Below, piece after piece: positions 14,560 through 25,576 of a DNA stretch of 64,000 nucleotides. The DNA lies in assembly GCA_030141605.1 (NCBI GenBank), contig JAQGDQ010000001.1:806001-870000 (forward strand), written 5' to 3'. Positions within the stretch are counted from its first letter, which is position 1. Every line of letters begins with the position of its first letter. This DNA is from Tubiluchus corallicola (Eukaryota > Animalia > Priapulida). A program made the position numbers and the translations under genes. The notes below the pieces were generated by a model, which was not told where the DNA came from, did not search any database, and worked only from the letters and a program-made list of their open reading frames with translations.

Positions 14560-15230
14560 GAATTGGAATTATTCTTTCAGAATTAGTGAGGTGTTCCATT
14601 GAAATCCATCAATGTGAGTAACCTGCCTCCTTGATATATTTGACTGCTGAATTGATTCATTAAAGTTTTAATATGTAAATTATTTTCTGGTAATCTTAAA
14701 TCATGTTCCGCATAGTTAAGTCTTCTACATTTAACCTTTTTGTCCATTTTCTTGCTTGACTTTGTCATAAGTCTTCATGGCTTATAACTTTTGGTTACTT
14801 TATCTCTAATAATGATCTGTAGGCTATAAACGTCTTTCAAAACCACCAATCTCTAATTGATTGCTTCTTATGTTCATAGTTCACGATTCTAAACTGTACA
14901 GAAAGATAGAATCCTGCTACAAAAGTTTTGAAAATCAGGAATTCATAGTATAGCCTAATGCTCTTGTTCCTGAAGACATTTCTACTTAAGCCTTGAGAAC
15001 GTTGTTAGAGCCAACATTTGATATCATCTTCAGTACCTAGGCAAATAAGCTTAAAAAATTAGCTAGATATTTATTGCATGGGAGTGGGCACTTTCTTTTA
15101 ATAACTTCGATATCTTCTTTTGTTCTTGCCAAAAAGAAAATATCGTTTGCATATTGCATATCAAATATAGCAAAAGGTTCCACTTCGCATAGTAACTGAA
15201 TTATGCTGAGCACTTTTAGGCAAAAACAGC
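14560..15230 (-). mobile_element. Degenerate reverse-transcriptase fragment
   Basis: The minus strand near 15165-15110 reads MQYANDIFFLARTKEDIE, a decayed YADD motif. Surrounding frames are broken. Confidence 0.5.
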
Positions 15231-15699
15231 AAATGCAGTTAGAAAAACGATGTAAAAGGTGCTGTTATCTATTGGATGAAAGAAGAGGCGCAAAACCTAT
15301 AGCTAGAGCTATGTCAGTTTTGTTTACATTAACGTGAATACAAAGAAAGAAGCTATGTATGGGAGCTACTCACTAAATGAGAAGAATATCTAAATACAAA
15401 TTCTATAACACACAACATTATAGCCATTTAATGGCAAATGGGCAAGCCTGCTAGCAAAACTGTGCCATAGACATTGGAAAAGAAATCTAAATTGTGGCTA
15501 TTTGAGGCACTAAGGAAAAACATTATTTCAAATCAATTTTACTTGAAAATCAGGATGCACATTGCTGAGCAAATTCATTTTTCAATTAGAAAAATCAGTA
15601 TAACAAGAGAAAAACTGTAGAATTAGGAAAAAGGGAAAAGATCACAGAAAAGATTCAAGAATTTTAATATAGTATTCAAATTGCAGAGGATTACATAAT

Positions 15700-18480
15700 A
15701 AATTAGAATATCAGCACAGAGTTATTAATGAAAAAACCTAGCAATACAGTTATTGTCAAAACCATTTTAGGAGAAGAAGCAATAAGTATTGAGGAGTATA
15801 AAGAGTCTCAAGTATATAAGAAATAAACATGAAGGAGGTTTATTATAAGCAATTAGTAATAAATCATAAAATGTAATAATAAAGGTACACCAATACAATG
15901 ATGTTAGTGAGCAATTATCAGTAGTAATGGACAATTCAAAAATAAAAATGGGAATAGGGTCATTATATTCAGGAAAGCGGAACTGATAGAGAATAAATGA
16001 AAATGATGTATGAAAGGTACGAAAACAAATACAAAAAAACAAAAGGCGGAAATGAAAGGTGTATGATAATGGGGGAATTTAATGCAAAAGTGGGAAATGT
16101 GATTAAAGCTAATAATGATGAAGTGACCTTGGCACTAAAATGTTACTGAATATGGTAGAAAAGGAAAAATGAGTTATATTAAATACAACCCAAGAGTGTC
16201 AAGGTCGATAGACAAGAGACAAAGCAGGGAAAAATCAATCTTTGATTATATTATAACAACTGCAAATGATATTAGTGCTCGTAAGTCCACAACTGTCGAG
16301 GAACAAAAACTGTATGTATTGTACAGTATAATAGGGAGAGATGTTAGAGAAACTATCTATACAAATCATAACACAATATTGTGTATTCTTGACTGGGTAG
16401 AAATCAGTATAATGAAAACTAGAAGTAAAGACTATAAAGAATTAGTAATAATAAATAAATACAGACTGGAAAAACAAGAAAAAGAAACAGATGATGATAG
16501 ATTTAAGGAAATTTGGAACACTAACAAATCAATACCAAAGAGATATGATGTATGTATTGAACAGGCTTCAGCAATAAGTAATAGGCTACTAACTAATAAA
16601 GACAAAAGGAAGCAGAAACATTGGAGCAAACGGTTGAAAATTTTAGCTAAGGAGATGTGCAGACTAAAACAAGATGACTGAAAAAATCTCTAAAAGAAAA
16701 AGAATTGAGAAAGTAGAATTAAAGAATTAAGAATTAAATCGAGGTAGTTGAAAAGATGACGAGGAAAGAGCAAAGAAAGCAACAAGCTAACACAATAGGC
16801 CTAAATTAAACTGGCCTAAATTAAACTATCAAGGAATTCACAATAGCTAGAAAACTTACCCAACAGATGTTCTGGGAATTTAGAAAACGTATGAATAAGC
16901 CAAAAATAGACGTTCTAAGCAATTGTCATAAAAGCTAGAGTAGGTTAATTCAGGAAGATCATGAAAACATGAAGATAATATTTCAGCAGTATCCAGAACT
17001 GTTAATGCCAGCTGCGCCAAAGGATGAGCAGAATCGAGAAACAGAATTAAGGATTGAAAGCATCTTTAAGCAGGAAGAAAAATGGCATACGATGAAGAAA
17101 TAAATGAAATAACTAATGATGATGTGATGGAAGCAATTAAACCATTAAAAATAAAAAATCACCAGATGTGCAAGATTGGAAAAATGAGATGATTAAAGAA
17201 ATTCGGAAAGAATTTACTGAGCAGTAACGTTAAATAAAATAATAGAGCCAAAAGAAAATACTAAGCAATGGACCCAAATGGAAATCAAATCAATCTATAA
17301 AGTAAAAGAAGATAAGAAAGAAATGAAATATAGACAAGGTCTATTTATAACACAACATACATATACTGAAATAATGGAAAAAGTGGTGAAAAGCAGGATA
17401 GCTAAATTTAAAGCAAACATAGGACTGTGCCAATATGGTGGAAGAAAAAATAGAAGGGTTTATGATCATTTACACACATTAGAATCAAACAGATTTACAA
17501 AAAATGAAGTTTGTGTAGTACAGCTGAATCCCGGTAATATGATTCGGCTTATAACGAAACTCTCATTAGTACAACAATTTTATTACTTCCCTGCCATAAT
17601 AGAACCAATGTAATCACCTATTGTTAATACAAAACTCGTCATTACTAAAACCCATTTATGCGATGTTTTCCCAAAGTCCCACCAATATAATTTTAATACA
17701 AATAAACACTTTCAAAACGATTTCTGCTATAGCCCGCCTTGCCTAGACACTCATCATCTGGTGCCATGGAAAATGTTGCCAACCCACTTTCCTATTCTAT
17801 ATGCAACTCTATTTATTTTTTACATTTATCAAAACATAATTTTTTATTTGCCTAGTGATCATTGACTAGATTCAGGTTATATACAGCAGCATCTGTCACA
17901 AAACAAAATGAACAGTGGTCACCAATGCAAACTTGTAACTTCATACCCTAGTACTAATAGTACTGATCATAATCAGGTACCTGAATATATTTGACAGCGC
18001 TATATTGCCTGCTCATAATGCAATAATGTGGTATTGATTGTTCATGAAAAAGTTGTATGAGAAATTTCATAGAAAAATGCAAAATGAAATTAAGGTTCTT
18101 AAAAAACAGGGTGGAACCAACAAAACTACATAGACACATGCAAACTATAAAAAGTAAAAGATATACTGAAATTAAAGTTAAATGTGATAATGATTAAAGG
18201 GAATGACAAGAACAAATTCAAGGGCTAGTTAATGTGCCCAATATGGTTGAAATAACTGATGTGCTTTGAATATGGAGAGTAGAAAAAATTGATAAACTCA
18301 GAGGTATTACTAATTGGGAAAAAGGAAGCATTAATGGCAGTCACTACACTAGCGAATGAATGTATGGAATATAGGAGCAAGATGAACAAACACATCAAAA
18401 ATGGGAAAGGACAACTGAAAGATCTGCATTTAAAAGGAGACTTTGCACCTTAACACTATTATTACTTGTTTCCCACCTAA
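15700..18480 (+). mobile_element. Degenerate LINE (APE endonuclease, RT start, C-terminal part), same family as the 19340-20210 copy
   Basis: Broken frames with MGEFNAKVG (~16070), EKSIFDYII, TNHNTI and YRQGLFIT...QYGGRK. Segment ~18040-18450 parallels the 19541-20209 ORF (NYIDTCK..KDILKI, NECMEYR). Many stops and frameshifts. Confidence 0.75.
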
Positions 18481-19175
18481 ATGATACCCACATTCATATC
18501 CAATGTTTAAGGCTAGAGGTAGTCCAGGGATCACCTCTAATGACTGTTCTCTACTGGCATTTAGTGTGTATATGGTATGTAGAAAATTTTGTGATTCCAC
18601 TCATGTTGCAAAATTTCTTTTGAATTTATTTATTGACTTAGATGTTACAGTTCTGCTATGGAATCGGGTTTGTAGAATTTACAAGGATGACTGCTAGTAG
18701 TTGCTACATTCCTTAAGATGGACAACTCATCAAAAACATAAATTTTATTGATAATTCGAAAAACCTGGAACATGCCACTTCGTTGGCACCTATATCGCTT
18801 TTCAGGGTAGAGAGTCGAGAATCGCAAAAATGGAATTGTTCTCTTCAGATTCTGTTAGAATATGATTTAAATTACCCTACATAAAAAGTCGGCCAAATTC
18901 GATTGCAATTTGTTCTAGGTACGTACCCCCCTAACTAAGACCTATGTCTACTCACTTAGGACAGTCATAATATACTATTATAATGTATGCCCCTTAATGT
19001 CGATTGTAGACATTGGGCAGGCAGAATTCGGCGCTATTACACTTTCGCACCGCCTAGCTTTTTATAGGTTATTACTCGTTTTTAGGCTCGTAAGTCATCA
19101 TTCTATTATTCTTACGTCATCAGTGAATGTTTCCGCTAATCTAATTGTAATTTAATCTTATTTAGGCATAATTAC

Positions 19176-20348
19176 CAATAATTACGCTGTATTCACAGTT
19201 CGACACAGTATGGCCATCTTGTTTGTGTGTGGTCACGTGACGAATTTCGTACTAGTTTATGCATTATCAGGGCCTAGCTTAAAAGGCACGTGACACACTT
19301 TCATCTTCACCGCATTTACGAAATAAAGAAAAAACCTTTACTTTTTTTTATAATCTAATAGTAATAATATTACAGTAATAAATAAAATCAATGATAAATA
19401 ACTGTTCCGTTCCAGGCCCACCCGCGATACGATACAAACTCCTGTATTGCGATTGCGATTGCGATACTCGACTCTCTCCACCTATCCGAGGCGGGCACCT
19501 TTATAGGGTGCAAAGTCTCTTCTTCTTTAACGCTGATCTTTTATTTGTCTTTTCCAAGTTCAATGTCTTTATTTGTCTTTATCCTGTATTCCATACATTC
19601 GTTCACTAGATTTCTAATTTCTGGCAATCCTTCCTTTTCACTGTTCATTAATACTTCCGAGTTCAAAATTTTTTTCCATTCTCCATATCTGTAACATCTA
19701 AGCATATGTTCAGTAGTGTCATCATCTTCCTCACACACTGGGCATAATAACTGATCCTTAAACTCATTCTTGTAGTTCCCCTTAACTTTAATCATATTCA
19801 GTCTTATTTTCAATATATCTTTAATCTCTTCTGGCTTGCATGTGTCTATATAATTTTGTCGTTTCCACTCGGTATGCCTTAAAAATCTTAATTTAGTGCT
19901 GCTCCTGCATTTTTCTGCACATTCGCTCTTTATACAACGTTCAATCTTATTCTTTATTTCTTTCTTCCATTCAGACTTTTTCATGACCTTCACCCTTTCT
20001 TTATTAGCATCTATGGTATATATTTTTGCAGTCTCAAATACTTCATTATACCATGACCTTTTGTGTACACTGTTTATTTGCATTTCTAGTATCTCTGATG
20101 CTAATCTCTTTGGTTTACTAATCAATAAATTCCGATAGAACATCAATCTCCTATAGTTTACTTTATGTTTTAGAGGCCATATGCCTATTTCAGTTACTAG
20201 TTGCTGCAACCCTAATAATCATAAATTATGTGAAGAAACTAAAAATACAGGTTAAGGGCCACATACGTCACTGCGCGAGAGCGATTGCGCATCAGTGATG
20301 TAAACACGGTTATTCACGTGCAGCTTTTAATGGCGGCTGTAGGTAAGT
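19176..20348. promoter_or_regulatory. Candidate bidirectional promoter and first exons for TMCO3 (-) and RNF168 (+)
   Basis: Minus side: YY1-type AAGATGGC (19220-19213) followed by gtaatt donors (GT at 19185-84 or 19175-74), GTCACGTGAC at 19232-19241 and CACGTG at 19287-19292. Plus side: CACGTG ~20315-20320, YY1-type AATGGCGG 20329-20336 and consensus donor AG|GTAAGT at 20342/20343. The region is locally CpG-rich and lies between two head-to-head genes whose ATG exons both start with splice acceptors. Confidence 0.55.
19340..20210 (-). mobile_element. 5'-truncated non-LTR retrotransposon (LINE) 3' end nested inside the TIR element
   Basis: Open 222-aa ORF 20209-19541 with the C-terminal RT-associated zinc knuckle CPVC...DTTEHMLRC. 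It is followed by a GC-richer 3' UTR and an A-rich tail near 19340-19350. Confidence 0.8.
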
Positions 20349-20639
20349 AATGCATGATTTTAATCTGATTTTAATCTGGACTTATAAAGCGTACGCAGCA
20401 ATAATATTATGGGAATATGGTGTATATTACGCCTGTTGGTCTGCTTTCTGGCCTGCAGGCGTGAAAACAACCAATAGGCCAGGAAAAGCTAGGCGGTGCG
20501 AAAGTGTAATAGCGCCCAGAATTCTAAACTAAAAGAAATCTGGCCTATAAACAAAAAGTAACTTAGACTAGGAGGTACGAAAGTAAAATATCGCCAAAAT
20601 CTGCCTCAAGACAGGTAAGCAAAAATTTAAACAACTCAA

Positions 20640-21614
20640 TGCCAATTGTTGGGCGCCGAGTAACCCACTAGCCAAAGTAGGGCAATTTTTGGCGTACATC
20701 GGCTAGCCAAGTAGGACGCGTCGTACATGGGCTAGCCCAAGTATGACCCGTCGTATATGGCTGCCCAAGGCGGACACTAGAGACAGGTCGCCAATTGAGT
20801 CGTTAAGCGTCTGGCACTGTCCGCTGTCCTTGTTTATGAAATAATAATAATTATACACGTTGAATAATTTATACATCTAATAAAATAAACGAATTTTATT
20901 CTGAGTTAGTATAATTTTTACTAATTACAGTACTAATCTTTTTTTGAAGTGAAATAAGCGCACTTTTTAGGCGCTTCCAACATTGCTTAAGGCATATCAC
21001 TTTTTACTTTGCCTTGCTTAATAGACAGGTGATCTTTTTCACTCCCTCTGGGACAAATAATTGTTTTCTACTAAGTAAACGGGTTAGCGAGTTATGTGCC
21101 CTATGTAGTTTCTCTCTTTAAAGTATTAGATACTTAGTTTAATGTTATGGTGATAATTATTAATGGAGCTAATAATGATGATACTGTTGTAAAAAGTAAA
21201 TTGTCAAGGACTATCCATCATTATTATAAAGTTACTTTTTTCTAAAACAAGTTTAGTTTTATGTTTTATTATGTCATAGATCTCGATTCTTGACAGAAAT
21301 CGCTAGTGCCCTACTTGGACTGCCCGTGTACTGTTTTTCCGCAAATTTAGCACATGCATTTTACCGGACGTGCCCTTCTTCGGTCAGGGGATTACTCGAC
21401 GCTCTACACCAATAGCTTGCCTGCACCTAATTTAATTATAGTCACAATAACGGTGTTGGGAGTGGAGTAGGACATTAACCGAAGTAGGACAATTGGCGTA
21501 CACGGGCTAGCCCAAATAAAACGCTTCGAATATGGGCTGCCCAAGCAGGACACCAGAGACAGGATACGAATCGAGTCGTTAACAGTACTGGCAACGTTTA
21601 TTGCCCTTGTTTAT

Positions 21615-21646
<32 letters not shown>

Positions 21647-21889
21647 TGAAAACATCAATACGCGTTGAATAATTTATTATACATCTGATAAAATAAAAGA
21701 AACTTGATCTGAGCTGGTAGAGTGGCCAATATTAAATTTGGTTTCGATATTGATCTTTTTGAAATCAAATAAACCTGCTTTTTTTAGCAGTTCCAACATT
21801 TGCTTAAGGTGTATCATTTTTATTTGTTCGCTTCACAGACAGGTGATTCGTTTCATTACCTCTTGGACAAATAATTGTTTTCTACTCTG

Positions 21890-21890
<1 letters not shown>
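20640..21890. repeat. Two diverged ~400-bp direct copies of a MITE-like unit with ggctagcccaagtagga subrepeats
   Basis: ~20690-21075 parallels ~21495-21885 (ggcgtaca..ggctagcc; agagacagg..gagtcgttaa; ttccaacatt.gcttaagg; ggacaaataattgttttcta). ggcgccgagtaaccc (~20652) is inverted against gggattactcgacgc (~21389). Confidence 0.65.
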
Positions 21891-21939
<49 letters not shown>

Positions 21940-21960
21940 CCCCTCTGTCTCTTTCTCTCT
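21889..21960. repeat. (CT)n microsatellite
   Basis: Direct reading. Confidence 0.95.
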
Positions 21961-22919
21961 AAGAGGGAGAGAAAGAAAAATCAATAAAGGCATTCCTTTT
22001 TTACATAGTATTCAGCCCATCATGCAGTCAGCTAGGCTCTTTCCTCAGGAAGAACAATAAAATTTTATTTACAAGACAACTGAAGAAGTATTTGCCAGTA
22101 CGTAATACAAGCTTATTGCTACAACTGTTTTTTGTTTTCATGATTTATTATCAAAGAATCCTTTGGAGAAATTTCTTCCGATAGACGATATGTTATTCAG
22201 GCATTTTAGATTTATAATACAGCACAAGTACACGTGGCAGCCAACATAATTATAGTAGAGGAGGACATCCTGAAAGTTATCAGTCTAGGTGAAACTACCC
22301 TAACAGATATAGCATTCGTCCACCTTGCACTGAGAACACTGAAAACTAACAGACAAGGAAGGACATCATTTCAAATAAAGCCTAAGCAAAGCAACCTAAC
22401 CTAAGAAAAGCACAAAGCATCAAATATATTCATCTCAGAGAACCTATAAAAGTTCAATAGAGAAATGAGAACAAAGCTCCGTGTCAAGAAGTGAAAGAAG
22501 AAACGTAATAATCAGAAAAAGCAATGTTGTCAAAAGAGCACACACTTCAACCCATTTAGTTATGACACCCAACACCCAACTGCTGAAAAACATCTCACCA
22601 GTAAACACTTTCTATCATAGAACTCTGAAAGGGAGATCACTGTTTAGATTTCTATTTTCAAATGCTGATAGAGTTATTTAGGAATAAAGTTTAAATAGTC
22701 ACATACAGCTTGCAAAAAGTGAACCTACTAATAATTCTATTAACTGTGGCTAATTTCAAACGTCAACGTAACACTCTCAGCTTAGACTGGCTATTTTTCG
22801 TGTAAATGTAAATTAATGCATGACTGCATAGTGCAGAGCCCTTATAGTGACGTGTAAAATATGTGCTTGTTCTAAGTGGTGTGCTGCTCAGATGACTATG
22901 TTGGATTAATTCTCTAATC

Positions 22920-24612
22920 TAAAGACAGTAGGGTAACAGTATCATTACCTTATCAACTTAAAAAATCAGTAATTATTCCTGTGTTTAAGGCTAAAGACTC
23001 CTTAGATATTAATAACTATAGACCTATATCATTATTACCTTTTTTCTCTAAAATATTAGAAAAAATAGTCCATAAAAGGTTATTAGACTACTTGACTATA
23101 CACAATGTCCTTTATAATCATCATTATGGCTTCCCTACACAGTTCTACACAGCTAGCCCTAATAAATATAATAAACAACGTAATTAATTCATTAGAACAA
23201 AACACTGTTGTCATTGGCATTTTTGCGATCTCTCTAAGGCCTTTGATACATTTAATCGTGCTATTCTGTTAGATAAGTTATTCCATTATGGCATTAGAGG
23301 GGTCGCATACTCATGGTTTGCTAATTACCTCAAGGACCGAACTCAAGCAGTTAAATGTAACAATGTTTTTTCCAACGAAGCAATAGTCACACACGGAGTA
23401 CCTCAGGGATTTATTTTGGGACCTCTGTTGTTTCTAATATACATTAATGACTTACGAAACTGTATTACTGACAATGGAAAGGTCTTCCAATTTGCTGATG
23501 ACACAAGTATTTTTTTCAAGATCAACAGCAAGTTGCTTAACACTACTATTATTAATAGTGAACTCAGTAAAATTACAGCCTGGTTTAAAATCAATAAATT
23601 AGCACTAAACTCAACTAAAACTAAATACATTTTATTCAGAGCTCGTAACAAACCCATAAATACGAACAGTGTTATAAAAATTGATGGTAATGCTGTAGAA
23701 CAAGTAAGCGAAATGAAGTTCCTAGGGGTTATGTTAAATGAATACTTAGATTGGAAACCACACTTAAACATGATTCATTCTAAAGTTGCTAAAAACATCG
23801 GGTTAATCAGTCGAGTTAAACATTGTTTTACAAAAGAACAGCTAATGACTCTTTATAATTGTCTAGTACTGCCATGCTTAACCTACTGTAATATACTTTG
23901 GGTGCACACCTACCCTTCAACTCTAGTTAAACTAAACTCTCTACAACATAAATTTATAAGATTGATAGGTAATTTGAACAAGCGTGAACATGTAGGTCTT
24001 AATCTTTTTAAGAATTATTCTATTCTAGTGCTAAATGATCTAATAAACCTTAATGCCGCTGTGTACATCTGCAAAACCAAACATAAACTTCACCCCGCTT
24101 TCTTTTTAAACCCATTATCTATTAACGTAAGACATTAAGTATTGCAGGACTGACGCGGCAAGGCACTTCATCACTAACACTGGCCCTAGACTTTGGAATA
24201 AAATAAACGAATACATAAAAAATTCTTTATCTATAAATAACTTCAAAAGAAATTTTAAAAATGAAATGTTTTCTAATTATACAGAATAAATCAATTTGAT
24301 TAATTACACTGCCGTCCCTGTCAGAACCCTATGTCAATTTTTACATTTCTGTAGTTCATGTTACTTCATACAGATACCATCTTTCTTCTTCTTTCTATTC
24401 TCTATTAACCTTTCTTCTACTCCTATAGTGCTCTTTTCTATTACACTCTGTCCACATTCATTTGGGGTACTTCTTGAGTACCCCACGGGTCATTTGCGGC
24501 TTGGCACCTTGTACACATAATAATAAATATATTATTAAATACTTTTATGTACAATGCTGTAATGATCATTGTGGATATATTTAATAAATAAATAAATAAA
24601 TAAATAAATAAA
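22920..24612 (+). mobile_element. 5'-truncated CR1/L2-group LINE with frameshifted RT and (TAAA)n tail
   Basis: YRPISLLPFFSKILEKIV, DLSKAFD, GVPQG.ILGPLLFLIYINDL, FADD and KFLGV motifs lie across shifted frames. (AAAT)n tail at ~24583-24612. Confidence 0.9.
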
Positions 24613-25121
24613 ATGTTGCACAATGGATATTTTTACAGCTATAGGAGTCCCATTTCCTGCACTTAAATAGGCGTCACCTATATTATAGGAATGAGTCTAT
24701 GGAGTAGATCTCAGGATCAGACTTAAAACCTTGGAAGTTGAAGATGTTGGGGCTATTAATCTGGTCTTGCCCTGGATGCCTAAAGCTCTGTTAATTAATA
24801 TGCTCCATAACATGTTAGTGCATGCAGTGGAGCAAGAAAGTTGAAAAGCTATATTGAAGGTCTCGCTTTCTTAGGCAAACAGTAAAGCAGTACCGAAAAT
24901 TAATAATGACAATTTTTCTAGGTTATGAACAAAATGCTTATGATTGCTACTCACCCACTAAATGAGATAATGGACAAAAAGCTCATGACATGATTCATTA
25001 ACATTTATAAGCCAGATGATCTTAATGACTTCCACAATAAATTGCATGGGCCGGATATTCATCTATAAAAAAATTATCATATTACTATGAAAAAATACAT
25101 CAAAGTTTATTGCCCTCCATG

Positions 25122-25576
25122 TAGGGGGTGAGCATTCCCTACCAGAAAGCGAATTTGAATCAAACCAAATTTGTGACTTTCGAATTCGAATTGAATCGAA
25201 TTGTGACTTTCGAACTGGAATCGAACCGAACTTCAGTATTTCAATTTCGAATCGAATTCGAATTGAGACTGAAAGATTTTTGAACAAGTTTTTGAACCAC
25301 CAGTAAAAATTAGTCTTACAAAGATAATGTATATTACTCGATTTTGTTCAGCAGCAAAACTGCTAATAATTTGCTTAAAATTGTACACAAAAATTGTACC
25401 ACTAAATTATGCTCCTTGCATGATGTTTCCAACATTTTAATGATAAAGTACGTATGTTCTTGAAGTGCTGAATTATTCAAATCTATAGTTTTCGGTTCGA
25501 ATCGAATTCGAGCTAAAAAAAACTCATTCGAATCGAATTCGATCGTTCAAACTCGAACATTCGATGCTCACCCCTA
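25122..25576. mobile_element. hAT-like MITE with GAATCGAATTC subterminal repeats
   Basis: TIR TAGGGG(G)TGAGCAT ... ATGCTCACCCCTA, with arrays of cgaatcgaattcgaa near both ends. The TSD is not clean. Confidence 0.7.

Larger units (their letters stand above)
19030..20516. mobile_element. Non-autonomous TIR DNA transposon, Merlin-like (33-bp perfect TIR starting GGCGC, 8-bp TSD)
   Basis: 19030-19062 GGCGCTATTACACTTTCGCACCGCCTAGCTTTT is the exact reverse complement of 20484-20516. CAGAATTC lies immediately outside both ends (19022-19029 and 20517-20524). The superfamily is inferred from the 5'-GG terminus plus 8-bp TSD; no transposase is present. Confidence 0.8.

Noticed and set aside
20330-20342. 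ATG GCG GCT GTA G as the in-frame N-terminus of RNF168
   Set aside because: The phase-1 donor does not match the phase-2 entry needed at 29039, so it was treated as a uORF unless an unseen exon intervenes.
25150-25560. Short palindromic GAATCGAATTCG repeats resembling an array
   Set aside because: No constant repeat/unique spacer structure; these are subterminal repeats of a MITE, not CRISPR.
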